From assembly GCF_002105155.1 (NCBI RefSeq), contig NW_019029021.1, positions 1-64,000 of the forward strand: 64,000 nucleotides of DNA, written 5' to 3'. A program made the position numbers and the translations under genes. Source of the stretch: Lobosporangium transversale. Its lineage: Eukaryota. Shown one piece after another: positions 50,692 through 62,610 of the stretch; the stretch's first letter is position 1, and the number at the start of each line of letters is the position of its first letter. The notes below the pieces were generated by a model. That model ran no database searches and was not told the origin of the DNA. It saw only the letters and a program-made list of their open reading frames with translations.

Positions 50692-51413
50692 AGTGCGGAG
50701 TCTTGTAAAGTTGAGATGAGGAGGAGATGGAATGAGAAGGAAAAGGAGAAGAAAAAAAGATGATGAGAAACAAAAGGCGACTGAAGACAAATGTGACGTG
50801 TTTTTTTTTTTTTTTTTTTTTTTTTTTGAATGTGGGGAATGGCGTTGTGTACGCCCCCAAATAGGATGGTAAGCATAGCAGGGCAAGGTAAAGCAAGACA
50901 TGTCAGATCCTGTTCAGACTCTGACTGTAAATGACTGCAATGATTGTATGCTGCGAGAATACATAGAGTATAAATGGTATGGAACGATACAAAGAACACG
51001 CGCTTGAAATGTAAATGTAAACCGACAACACAGCATTGTCATAGCCCCTTAGATTTGATCTGGAACGGCATACGCGTGCACAAACAATTTCTCCTCTTCT
51101 ACGGGTAATCTAAACAGAGAAATGAAAGGAAAAAAAAAAAAAAGGAAGGACTCTTCTAATTGACAGCGCTGCGGAGTGACCGGAGAAATAAGGCACTCTA
51201 TGATTGACTGGCAAATATGGTTTTGAAGATCATCCAGCATTTCCCACGTTCAAGGTTACAGAGAAATAATTTAGATTTTGTGAATTTCTTACAAATAGCT
51301 GCTGTCCTCTCTCTTCTTTTTTTTTTTTTTTTTTTTTTTTCCTATTCATTCATACCTACCCGCTCCCATCCATCCTCATTAGTTTGATATCTACCTCAAC
51401 TACTCAACTTGCC

Positions 51414-52352
51414 ATGGAATCATATCAGGAACAAGGCAAGTAAACTTAATGTGTTAGAGTAAAAAGGGAAAAATGCAGCTCGATATTATACTAACGTTAC
51501 TTCGCAAATGATCTCAAACATTTTCTCTCTCTTTTAATGAAGTCAAGAAGCCAGACGGATGGAATGAGCTCTGGAAGCATGACATTCATCCATGGGACAA
51601 CCCCACACCTAGCCCTGCATTGGTTGAGGTCATCGAACAGAAGCCTATTTCTGCTCAGATCCCGAAAACAGGCAATGTTCTTGTCCCTGGCTGTGGTCGT
51701 GGCGTTGATGTCTTTTACTTGGGTAATGAGCACCGTAAGGCTATTGGATTGGATATCAGTCCCATTGCTGTCCAGCAGTGTAAAGATGTAAGTCCTCTTT
51801 TTATCTCCCATCTATCATAATTAGTGACATGATCGAATACCAATTTTCATTTTTTTTTTTTTTTGTTCTCATTGTTCCTTTTTGAATATATTAGATTCGA
51901 ACTCAAAAGGGTATTCCTGAATCCCATGTTGACTTCATGGTTGGTGATTTTTTCAAGTTTGACATTCCTGCTGGAGGATTCAAGCTTATTTATGACTACA
52001 CGTAAGGACCTCTCCCTCAAAATATGCCAATGCTTTGATACCGTTTGTCGTACTGTTACGCTAATTTTAATTTTTTCAACTGTTCATTGGAAAAAGTTTC
52101 TTCTGCGCAATTCAACCCGAGCTGCGCCCTGCCTGGGGCAAAAGAATGGCTGAACTGATCGCCAAAGATGGCATCCTGATTACTCTCATGTACCCCATTG
52201 GAACCCATACAGATGGTCCCCCTTTCGCTGTCAGTGAGGCCGCTTATCATGAACAGTTGGATCTTAACTTTGAATGTCTGTTAATCGACGACTGTACCTC
52301 ATTTGAAACTCGCCAAGGCAGAGAAAAGATCGGTATCTGGCGTCGTAAGTAA
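51414..52352 (+). CDS. SAM-dependent thiol/halide methyltransferase (TPMT/HOL-like); 4 exons
   Basis: GWNELW...PWD..TPSPAL, VLVPGCGRGVDV, AIGLDISP, GDFF, LIYDYT|FFCAI.P..R..W, LITLMYPI, GPPFAVS, RQGREKIGIWRR. Confidence 0.88.
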
Positions 52353-53608
52353 AGACAAAAGTGGGGGTCGTCTATAGCCCGAACCCATGTCTCGACTTTC
52401 TTCTATATATTTCTAGAAGCAGAGTTGTACAAAATCAATAAAGTGACAGAACATGCAAGTCATATTGGTAACAGATTTTATGCATCCATGTTAGAAGTTA
52501 AATGTACACCAATACAATAAAAGTATACTCTATCTCGTTTGGTCAACATTTATTTGATCTTTTCGTAGAAGATGCATGTTCGTCAATATAGGAATTATGT
52601 TCATCAATATAAAAACTGAATAAATACTTCTCGGGCATGTAGATCCACATCTTGTTCTCACTCTTTTTCTGTCCTATAGCTTGTCCAGCAAAAGTTTTTA
52701 CTCACATTCTACAGCTTCCAATGCGATCAATTGTTGCTCTACATATACCATCTGAAGCTATTACTTGTCACCTTACTACCTACTTCAGTATATCAACTGC
52801 CTCTTAACAGCACTGGATAAAGAGTTCTTCAATAATGGGAGCGCCAACTCTTTGGAGTAAGGTGAAGAAAAAAGGCTACGACCCGCTAGAAGTCCTGCTG
52901 CCTATGGGATATTTTGAAGGATCCCCGTTGATGTACAAGGAGCTTTTTATGGCCTCGTATGAACAGCGTATTCGACTCATTTGACAGACCCACATCAAGT
53001 TGTGGTGGAGGGCATTCGCAAGGCTCTGGGCCCTTCCAACTCAGTACTGTGCTTTGATGGTGGTCAGGCTCTAGCATACCCATGCAGAACGAGGTCGATC
53101 ATGGTCGGTATCATTGAATAAAGCGAATGATTGTATACAGAGGCCCAAGGCCGAGGCGCAAAGTCCTTGTCTACAATCTCGACCTAGTGCTCCTCTCGCT
53201 AAGCGTTATACGTTAGCAACTAAAAGTCATGTGTGTCGTTAGCCGGAACGACTACACACGCAATCGACTATCGCTCGGGCTTGCTACCAATTTGAGTGAT
53301 ACAAATATGTATGACATCGCGCCCCAATTTTCTTTATTATTATCAATGTCCTTTTCTCGTACTATTCCTACATCTGTTTCTTAAAGTCTCTGGTATTATC
53401 AAGGAGAGGGTTCTAAAATTGAATAAAAAAGAGGAGGAAAAATAAAAATAAAAATAAAATAAAATAAAAAGGAAAATAAAAGGAAAAATAAAAGTAAAAA
53501 AGAATCACCATTCTCCATGTTTTTAATATTACTAGAGGCTCAAAAAAAAATAAAAATAAAAATAAAAAATAAAAAAAAAAAAAAATACAACGTTAAAAGT
53601 AATCTCAA

Positions 53609-56600
53609 TTAATCATCTGAGAATGAAGGAGGCACAGGAATTGAGCTCGTCTTCTTCTTCTTAGGCGGCGACTGTCCTGGCGAGCTCTCCAAAATTGGCG
53701 CCTTCTTTTTCTTCTTCGGTGTCGTTGGGATCAAAGGTAATGAGCTAAGTGGATCCCCACTACTTGATCCTTTGTCTTTGTCCTTTGATGATAAAAACTT
53801 CTCCCGATCCTTACTACCGCCCCCCCCACTACCATTCTTATGATGTCCACTGCCACTTCCAAGACTACCGCTGATGCTGTTAGATATAGGTCCAGATCCG
53901 CTATCGCGGTCTCCACGATCGTTCCTGTCTCGGTCCCGATCACCTCTCTCACGGTCCCGGTCTCCACGCTCTCTATCTCGATCCCTGTCGCGATCACGTT
54001 CACGGTCTCTTTCGCGATCCCGGTCGCTACGATCTCGGTCGCGATCGCGGTCTCTATCACGGTCGCGTTCCCTGTCACGATCGCGATCACGATCCCTATC
54101 CCTATCTCGCTCTCGGTAAGAATCTCGGTCGCGATCTCGATCGCGGTCGCTACGGTCTCTGTCTCGCTCTCGGTCACGATCCCGATCGCGATCCCGGTCC
54201 TTGTCACGGTGATCACGGTCACGGTCTCGATCTCTATCACGATCACGATCCCGCCCACTACTACTCTTCTCACGGTCCCGATCACGGTCGCTGCGATCAC
54301 GATCTCTGTCGCGGTCACGATCGCGATCGCTACGATCACGGTCTCGATCACGATCACTTCGGTCACCGCGGTCACGATCATCACGATCTCTATCTCGCTC
54401 CCTGTCCTTCTCCTTGTCACTGCTGTCACGATCACGGATACGATCACGGTCCTTACTGCTGCCGCTGCCGCTCTTATCTTTAATCTTGGACTTGGATTCC
54501 TTATGGCTACTACCGCTACTACTGCTCTTGATGATTGATTCTCGGTCTTTTTCCTTTTCCCGATCAGAAAAACTCTCACGGTCAGACTTGTCCTTATCTT
54601 TACCACGCTCTTTGTCTTTACTGCCACGTTCTTTCTTTTCCTCCTTTTCCTTTTCCTTCTCCTTCTCCTTGTCTTTTTCTTTCTCCTTCTCCTTGTCTTT
54701 GTCCTTATCCTTTTCCTTGTCCTTATCTTTGTCCTTGTCCCTCTCTTTACTCTCTTTACTAGACTTAGATTTGGATTTGGTCGCAGATACCATGGGCGGA
54801 GGTAATGTTTTGCCTGCAACATTCGATTTTGACGTAGATGAGGAGCCTAGTGAGGCAAATGTTCCTGGTAATGTTTTGCCTGCTACTGAAGGCTTGACAA
54901 AATCATCTCCAGATTTCGAGTAGGTCCCTGATTGTTTTGGAGGCAGCATCCGAATTGCGCCGCCTCCACCACCACTCTCCATCACTTCCTCTTCCATGTC
55001 ATCGCCATCTCCTGAATCCAATGAGCTAAGCATCGATGTTGGCGGCGCGACAAACACTGGTGTTGACCCCGAACCTAAAGCTGGTGTTGTAGAGCCCTTT
55101 GAAGTTGCTTTGGGTTTTTTGGTTTTCTTAGGCGTTGATGTGGGGAGAGCAACAATCGCAGACGAGGATCCACTGGAACTGGCAGTTTTAGAAAGTGGTA
55201 TTGTGGCCGGTGGAGGCATTGGGTCAGGCGTCTCTTCAGGTTTCGTCTCCATGTCACTATCATCTTCATCCCCCTCTCCAGGGCCTTCTGAAGTACCCTT
55301 CTTACCCTTTTTTTTTTTTTAAAAAAAAAATAAATAAAAAAAAACAAAAAGAAAGCGTAGAATAAGGATGAAGGTTTAGTAGAATGAAAATAACTTTTGT
55401 TGATCATTGACTGGAATGTTGATTTTTTTTTTTACCTTCTTTGTTGGCTTTGTTAATTTCTCTTTAAGCTTGGATTCCTCCTTCATCTTCTTCTTCTCCA
55501 TCCTCTCTTGCATCTTCTTATCCTTTGCATCTTGTTTTTGCCTCTTGCGTTCAGCACGTTCAGCCTCCTGTGCATCCTTCTCCTTTTTCCGTTTCCGCTT
55601 CTTAGCCTCAGCTAATGCACTTAGTTCACCAGGCTTATTCGCTCGATTCTTCATTGAGCTCACAATCTTGCCTGTTGGAGGAATCTTAGGCCTCATTGCT
55701 ACCCTGCGTGATACTGGCATGAACTCATCCTCCAACAGGGACCCCAATTCCTCCATACGCTTCTTAAAGAATGGATGGAGCAATCCAATTGTCTCTGTCG
55801 GGTCTGTTAGTGGAGTAAACGGCGGTGGCGGTGGATAGGGCAATTCTTGTTTTGCAGGATCTTTGCCTTTGTTCGGTCCAATGCCGTGGATACCGGGTCT
55901 ATAAGGAATATTTTTAATGCCACCGTACCAAATCCGTGCCGGGATAGCCAATGAGCTTAGGCCTACCTCTCGATCAATACCCATTTCGCGAAAGCCAAAA
56001 AAGTCATCGCCAAGTTCGTCAACGCCACCAATAAGATTACCACTCATAAAAGCTTCGTCATTTTCCTGGAATTCGAAATCAGTATCAATTACTTCCTCAT
56101 GAATGTTGTTGATCGTATCTGTATAACTACTCTCGAGTTTTCTATGAACCTCTTGTAATTTGTTGCCATACCGCTCCACATCCTCGCGGATATAGCCCTC
56201 CAATTCCCCTACACTACTGACACCGTTTTCGTACAGAGTATGTAGTAGTATTTCCTATAAATTGCGTGTGGAAATTAAAGCAAATTGATTAGTATCAAAT
56301 CGTTACTATAATTCACAGAATTCTAAAACACTCCATGAGTGATTGGCAAAAGCATTATTCCACTTAAGCCTTCTCTTACCTCCGCGGTCATGCCCTTGTT
56401 ATACAAATCCGAGTATCCTCTTAATGTTTTACCAATGTTCAAGAAGAACTCGACAGCGATATCAGTCATCACGGCCAGCGCAGATGCCTGAGCTCCTTGA
56501 AACCCTGCATGAGCCAAAAGTTTGGAGGCCACCCTAGAGAGCATGGCATTTCCTGTGGCATGGTTCATGACAAGTGGTGGTAGCGGACCATCGTACGGCG

Positions 56601-59600
56601 GTATAGGCATTGGTTCCATTGGTTCTTCAATCTGAATCGGCTCCTGTTAAAATACCCAAAACATATTTTATCAGTCAATATATCTCTATCGAAGGGGGAA
56701 AAAAAAATAAAAAAAAAAGAGTATAGGCTTACTGAGATTGTAGCCTTGGCGGTAAAAATTTTTGTGTAAACGTGCCGGATTTTGCGCAGCTCCTCAATGT
56801 TACGCTCGATTCCAACTGCCAGTTGTCCTGATGTTGCATTTGCCGTAGGGTATAGGGATAGTGAGGGCTGCTTTTCTTCGAGCCTATGTGTTTTAAGATA
56901 GTAGTGGCATTGAAGATAGGGTAGAAATGGCAGAAACTGTTAATACATATTATGTAGGGCAAAAATAAAAAGAAAAAAGACAAGAGCGTGATGCTTACTT
57001 TGATATTTCGGACTCGTCAAACAGTTTACGCGCCTGCTCATGGTCATCCAATTGTACGCAACCTGCACCAGGGATTTCAGGCAAGCCTGATCGGATCGCA
57101 TACTCTGGAAGAAAGATATCGTTCATTTTCTTGACTTTCTTCTGCTGATTTTCCTCTTCCTCCTTCGGCTTTGGTGGCGCAAACAGATCACGAACATAAT
57201 CTTCCTCATCATCATCTTCGCTGCCACTATCGCTGTCGTCATAAATATCTTCATATGGGTCCAAGGGCTCCTTATCCTCCTCAGCATCGGTCGACGTAAA
57301 TGTGCCGTTATTATCTAACAAACCAAAGCCACGACCTTTTTTCTTATTCTTCTTTTTCTTCTGTTTCCCTTGAAGCAGTACATGAAACACATTCTCATGT
57401 GCAAGGTCGATTTCTCGAGACTTCTTCATCTCCCATGGCGATCTTTCTAATGCGAAATGGTCTCCAAACGGCAACTGTTGCTGACTTTCCCGTGTAGAGC
57501 AGATTTTGGCACGCGCTTTCTTGGTCTTTTCCTTCCATTCTTGGAACAGCAAGTCTCCACGGTCTGCACGCAGCTGTTCCGCAATTTCTCTCTCTTCCTG
57601 TTCCAAATCAATCTCCACAGGTACAGACGCTCTTGCCATACGGTGTCGCGCTGGCGAGCTATGTATAATCCCATTAGGTGTTCCGCTCCAGCCGAGTCCG
57701 CTTGCTCTTTCAAATGAGCCAGAGGAGAGCATCGGTGCCTCTATTGAATCCATTGTCGAAGGCTCTCGGCTAGCCTCACGCGTTGGAGTAGAGTTAGCCA
57801 TCGTATCTAGATCCATGGCCATTTTTGGAGTTTCGGACCCGAGTGGAACAGCAGTCGCGCCACGTTTCGAGGAGTGATCTTTGGTATGACTGGACGATTC
57901 CCCATTAGTCTTGTGTACTGTCTTTGACGACTTGTCCTTTCGTCCCATTCCTTTAGATGATTCATTTGGACGACCGGCCTGACTCTCTACATCATCATCA
58001 CTCTCTTCTGCCTCGGCTTCTACCTCTGCTCTGTCGCGGATAACTACATCCTGAACAGTCTCTAGTAGCTGTTGCGTCTTCTTTTTCATAGCGATAGCGT
58101 GCTTCCGGTAAACGCTGCTGGGATCTGAGTTATAGAGTAGACAATTGGAATAGATCAGGTAAAGGTCGTTGGCAAATTGTGTCTTGCTCTGGTAGGCAAA
58201 TGATTTGAGCTTCTTTAGGACTGTTCCAAGATCCATGGGATGCTTAATGACCTGAAAGTAATCTGGAGCCTCTCGCTTATTCACCTTATTAAGGAACGGT
58301 GTTGAGTGTTCTGTGTAATTCCTGAGTTCCATCAAGACGCGCTCACACCCCTCATAGAGCTCCTCTTGACCTACTTTATCTTCATTTGCCCATTTAGATC
58401 GGTTAGGTCGAACATCCGACAACAAAGTCCGGAGCTCGCGGTCAGTTAGCCCCGTAGCAGACCTATTGGCTTCAATCGCACCCAACAAATACTTCATGCT
58501 TAAACTCCCTGTACCAAGTTGCGTCAACATGTTGTCTGTGATCAGGCTAGTGCCTGTTTGACTCTCCTGCTCCTGTTGAATATTTTTATCTGCCTCCTCA
58601 AGTTGTTGTTGCTCGATCATAGCATCCATATCGTATTCCAGTGTATAATAAAGGTGATGGATAGGAAGCCTAATAGGCGTTTTGCCCGATTCTACGGTTA
58701 TTATAGGATTGTTTGCACTTTCTGGTTAGTTTTCACAATCTAAACATTCTTCAAATAATAGAAAGAGATAAAGGAAACCAGGAAGTAACAGAGTACCACC
58801 TACTTTTATCTTTTATGTTATTGTCCTTGGACGGCGCTGATGCCGAAGTTCCATCATTACTTATGCTGGTACTCGCAATATCTTTCTTGGATTCCATGTC
58901 TGTATCCTCATCGTAGTTATCATCCTCAACGATCCTCCTCTGTGATCCAGCATCTCGAGACGAGCTATCTGTATTATAGGGAATGGCTACAGAAGTTCGA
59001 CGACCCTTGTCCTGCGTTAGCACGCCCTTCTTTTCCAACGCGAAAACATCGACAGTTGGATGGCAACATCCTCCACGAGCAGGAAATATCTTTGGTAGTA
59101 GTTGTTCAAAGACCATAACACGCGTTCGGAAAGCCGTCGTTGGAATTGATACAGGAATTGGGTTAGATTCTGATGTGGAAGTCGAGGGGAAGCTTGACGT
59201 TGACTCAGGTTGAGGGGAGGATCCATTACATAGTTGAGAATCCATGGTATTTCGAGGTGATGGCGACCTTGCACGATGATTAGGGGTATTTGGAGCGCGC
59301 AAGTGACCATTTGGAGTCGTGACTGATGGTGTAGATACAGATGGCGAGTTTTGAGCCGAAAAATCCTCCTTTTTGATAGTTACTGAGGAGAAATCTGATC
59401 CTGACCGATCTTGATCAACTTTGATAATGTCGGGCACTCGGTTATCAGCTCCCTCGCTTTTGGTCTCGCCATCAATTTCCAAATTATCTTTTGATACGCT
59501 ATCTTGGGATATTGAAGCCGAAGGGACGTTTTGTGTTGACTGAGAATCAGAGTGTTGTTGCGTTGCCAGTTGATGTTGCAGCTGTTGTTGCAGTTGTAAT

Positions 59601-60034
59601 AATTGTTGCTGGTTTTCATGTTGCTTTTTGATATCCTCAAATTGTGACCCGAATTTGCTGTCAAGGGAGATGAAGTTATGCCAGGTGTCCAAACTTGTCA
59701 GCGCAGCCTCGAAAACTTCATGCTCTTCCTCTGTCAAGTAAAATCGCCAGAGCTTTCTAGTGTTCATTTCCTGTGCGACATTGTATGTAAGACGGATCTG
59801 GCCATTGGAAGAAGAGTCATTCAAGATCTTGAGAAGTTTTTCCCGTTGTTCGGAGGAGGGCACTGCTACTATTGATGACGAAGAAAAAGTATCATGGGCT
59901 CCGAGGTTTGTATCCATGCGTTCAGTTTCACTTTCAAAATTTAAGATGGACATGGGCGATGACGGCAGCGACGTGGCATTATATGGCTGTTCCGACTCGC
60001 CTTCAGCGAGAGGTTCTCTTGAAAATAAACTCAT
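53609..60034 (-). CDS. SPT7: SAGA subunit Spt7 (bromodomain and histone fold) with a very long KE/RD-repeat C-terminal extension; about 6 exons
   Basis: LYYTLEYDMDAMIEQQQLEE, LSMKYLL, RSKWANEDKVGQEELYEGCERVL, bromodomain STPFLNKVNKREAPDYFQVIKHPMDLG...NCLLYN, histone fold KLLAHAGFQ...DIAVEF, YIREDVERYG, DELGDDFFGFREMG. Confidence 0.92.
53895..54450 (-). repeat. Coding (CGNGAY)n-type hexanucleotide repeat encoding an Arg-Asp dipeptide tract of Spt7
   Basis: Degenerate CGATCN/CGGTCN repeats on the + strand translate to DRDRDR... on the minus strand. Confidence 0.9.
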
Positions 60035-61912
60035 TGGATGGCTGTAATGGCTGGAAGAATGATCATTCGTTGAATTCTCCAAGAGGGAGAGATCCTCCAG
60101 CGATGTGAAGCGGAAGACTGGAATGTTTTTTTTTTCTTCTTCTTGTGAGCGATGCGCGTTTCTCGTAACGAATCCTGCCCTGTTAAATACTCCTGTTAAT
60201 TTCTTTCTATTTGAGTAATGGACGAAAGTGCAGCAGGTTACCCGTGTATGGATGAAGCGTTGAAAAGGGGTTTCTCGATTTTGAAGAAGAAAAGGAAATA
60301 AAATAAAATAGGCGCGTTCGAGGGGTAAAGAAAAAGGAATAATGAATAAGCAATTGACGTATTGAATAAGAAGGGATGACAATGCTGAAATGAATCTAAA
60401 CTCTTCCTGCTCTGCAGTCCTGGCGTCCAATTGAATCCTTGGACTTTAGTTTATATTTCCTCGTTCCTTTGATGCGTGGGAAATTAACGATGTGGGGATC
60501 AATCTTCAATAACTGACAAGTGAAGGATGGAGTAGAAAGGAAAAGAAAATAAGAAAGAAAGAGATATTTTTACCTTCTGAAACCGTCATTTACCTGCTGC
60601 AGAAACCAAAGCAGGGACGTGAAAACGTGAAAAGTATCCACGTGATTACTACGGAGAAGCCACCTTGCAACAATAAAACGAATGCTCTTCTGTAGATTTG
60701 CAGTGAATAACTTAAGAAGGAACCCAGTAAGACAAGTGAATGCTCCTTTGGCTACTCCTTAGGCCAAGATTCAGCCAGTACCAAGTAGGATGGCCTGATA
60801 TATTGTAAAGCGATTTATGATATGGATATTGTTTTGGTGTTTCTCAAGGCTTTGGAGCGACTCTCAAGAGTAATGAATACAGATAAAGATCTCGTTTGGT
60901 TTCTTTTCTTTTTTTGCTTAAAAGTAAGGCCAAATACATACATAGTTTTATAACATATCGAAACGCTTTACAGTCTTTATTTTCGATATGGTACATATTC
61001 ATCGGTAGGCTTTACAAGCGCGACGAGTGAGCCTAAGGATGTGAACAAGGATAGACTTTTTTTAAAGGGGGTATCTTGGTAAATGAGGAACTTGGTTAGT
61101 CCACAATGGCCGCAAAAGATGCATGTGAAATCTTTATTGTATTTCAAGCTTTCAGAAACAAGGCCCTACACAGTGATCTCAGTACCTGTGCACTTAAGTG
61201 CATAAACGACATACGTTGGGGTTCCGCTTTTAGCGGATCCGCATATCAAGGCTCTAACGACGAACCAAGAGGTTTCTAGCAAAATGATATGCTTACGATC
61301 GAGTACTTCACTCTGTACGATTATCAAATGGAATAGGACTGATTAAAAGAATGAAAGAGTCATCCGGAACGATGAAGGTACCATTAATCCAACGCCATCC
61401 TTGCAAGGTTGGCATTCGCTCTTTTTTGTTTTTTCTTTCTTTTTTTCCCTTGATGCAATCCATAGGGTTATTGCAAAGAATGTTATTATCCATCTATGTC
61501 GCTCACAGGCACTTTTTCTTTTATTCACATGCAAGATAAGAAAAAAGTGTTTTCAACACAAAGACAGCCTTGTAGAATGTCGTTGGCCTGAAAGGCAATA
61601 GGAAACCCCCAATGCTCATGTTTTTGTCATTGATGACAAGAAACAACTTGTAAGGTTGCTAATGTCTTTGGCATCAGTCGTCTTCTCTTCACATATGCGT
61701 GTATGGAAAAACGGGCATTCCTTTGCAAGCGTCCCCTTGTTTTCTTATGATTATCATTCCACCTCCTGCATAGCATAACAAATGCCTGTCTATCATTCGG
61801 AGAGGAAGCGATTGTATTAATATAATTATAATAGTTTTTCTGACTTTAATTGCAACCTTACCAAGCTTGCTTCTTGTCCTTAAGAATCTGCCCAGAGTCT
61901 TGGAGATCAAAA

Positions 61913-61944
<32 letters not shown>

Positions 61945-62099
61945 GGCTTGACGTTTCTTGCACAACGCCTAAATGAAAGCGCACCACCAACAGTTGCCAC
62001 AAAATCACTCATTCACTAGTTGAATCCTGCTTAAATGAATTAATTAACCTAGCATTACCAGCCATCCTCCTGAGTACTTCATTACTCACACCAGCATTC

Positions 62100-62438
62100 G
62101 AAAAGAATGGTCGCTGCAGAAGAAGCTTTGCCTCAAGAGAAAGAGGAAAAGATTACACTAGTAAGACGAGGCGGAGCTATGTATGCCCACCGTGAATAAA
62201 GCCCATGCCTTTTTTTTAATTGATCCAGCACTCAATTTGGTCAGTAAAGAATAAAATAAAAATATGTAAAGGTGATAGACGCGACATTGATGATATCGAG
62301 CATAACGGTCATAGAAACAAGGAAAAAAAGCACACCCTTCGCCTTGCGCAACCGCGTATACCAAGGGCCCTCCTCGGCGGTGATGGGTGTAGCAAACATT
62401 GTAGTCGCTGTAGCTGTGTCTGAATCTGTGCCTGGCAT
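62100..62438 (-). pseudogene. 5' remnant of an MFS (DHA2-like) transporter gene
   Basis: RKAKGVLFFLVSMTVMLDIINVASIT resembles TM1 of fungal DHA2 transporters. The ORF terminates at 62241 with no recoverable continuation. Confidence 0.45.
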
Positions 62439-62562
62439 TTTATGAGGTTTGTCTTATTAATTAACCGAGTTGATGGATCTGCAAGCCTTGTTTGGTTAAG
62501 GTTTTTAGGAAACCAAATTACTGGGTTATGATCTCAGAAGCAAAATAAAGGAATCAAAAAAA

Positions 62563-62610
62563 AAATAAAATAAAATAAAAATAAAAATAAAAATAAAAGT
62601 AAAAATAAAA
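62563..62610. repeat. (AAAAT/AAAAAT)n A-rich simple repeat; a similar one lies at about 53440-53575
   Basis: Directly visible. Confidence 0.8.

Noticed and set aside
53840..54923. Plus-strand RS-repeat and Ile/Thr/Val-repeat ORFs resembling SR proteins
   Set aside because: They are the antisense and alternate-frame shadows of the Spt7 RD/KE repeat. No RRM or independent gene signals.
58751..60430. 559-aa ORF as an independent gene starting at 60430
   Set aside because: The start is TTG. The first ATG is at 60034, and the ORF splices into the conserved Spt7 YYTLE exon.
61190..61240. Short palindromes (TGCACTTAAGTGCA; TCCGC-TTTTA-GCGGA) as a structured ncRNA
   Set aside because: Two short stems only, with no tRNA, snRNA or snoRNA hallmarks.
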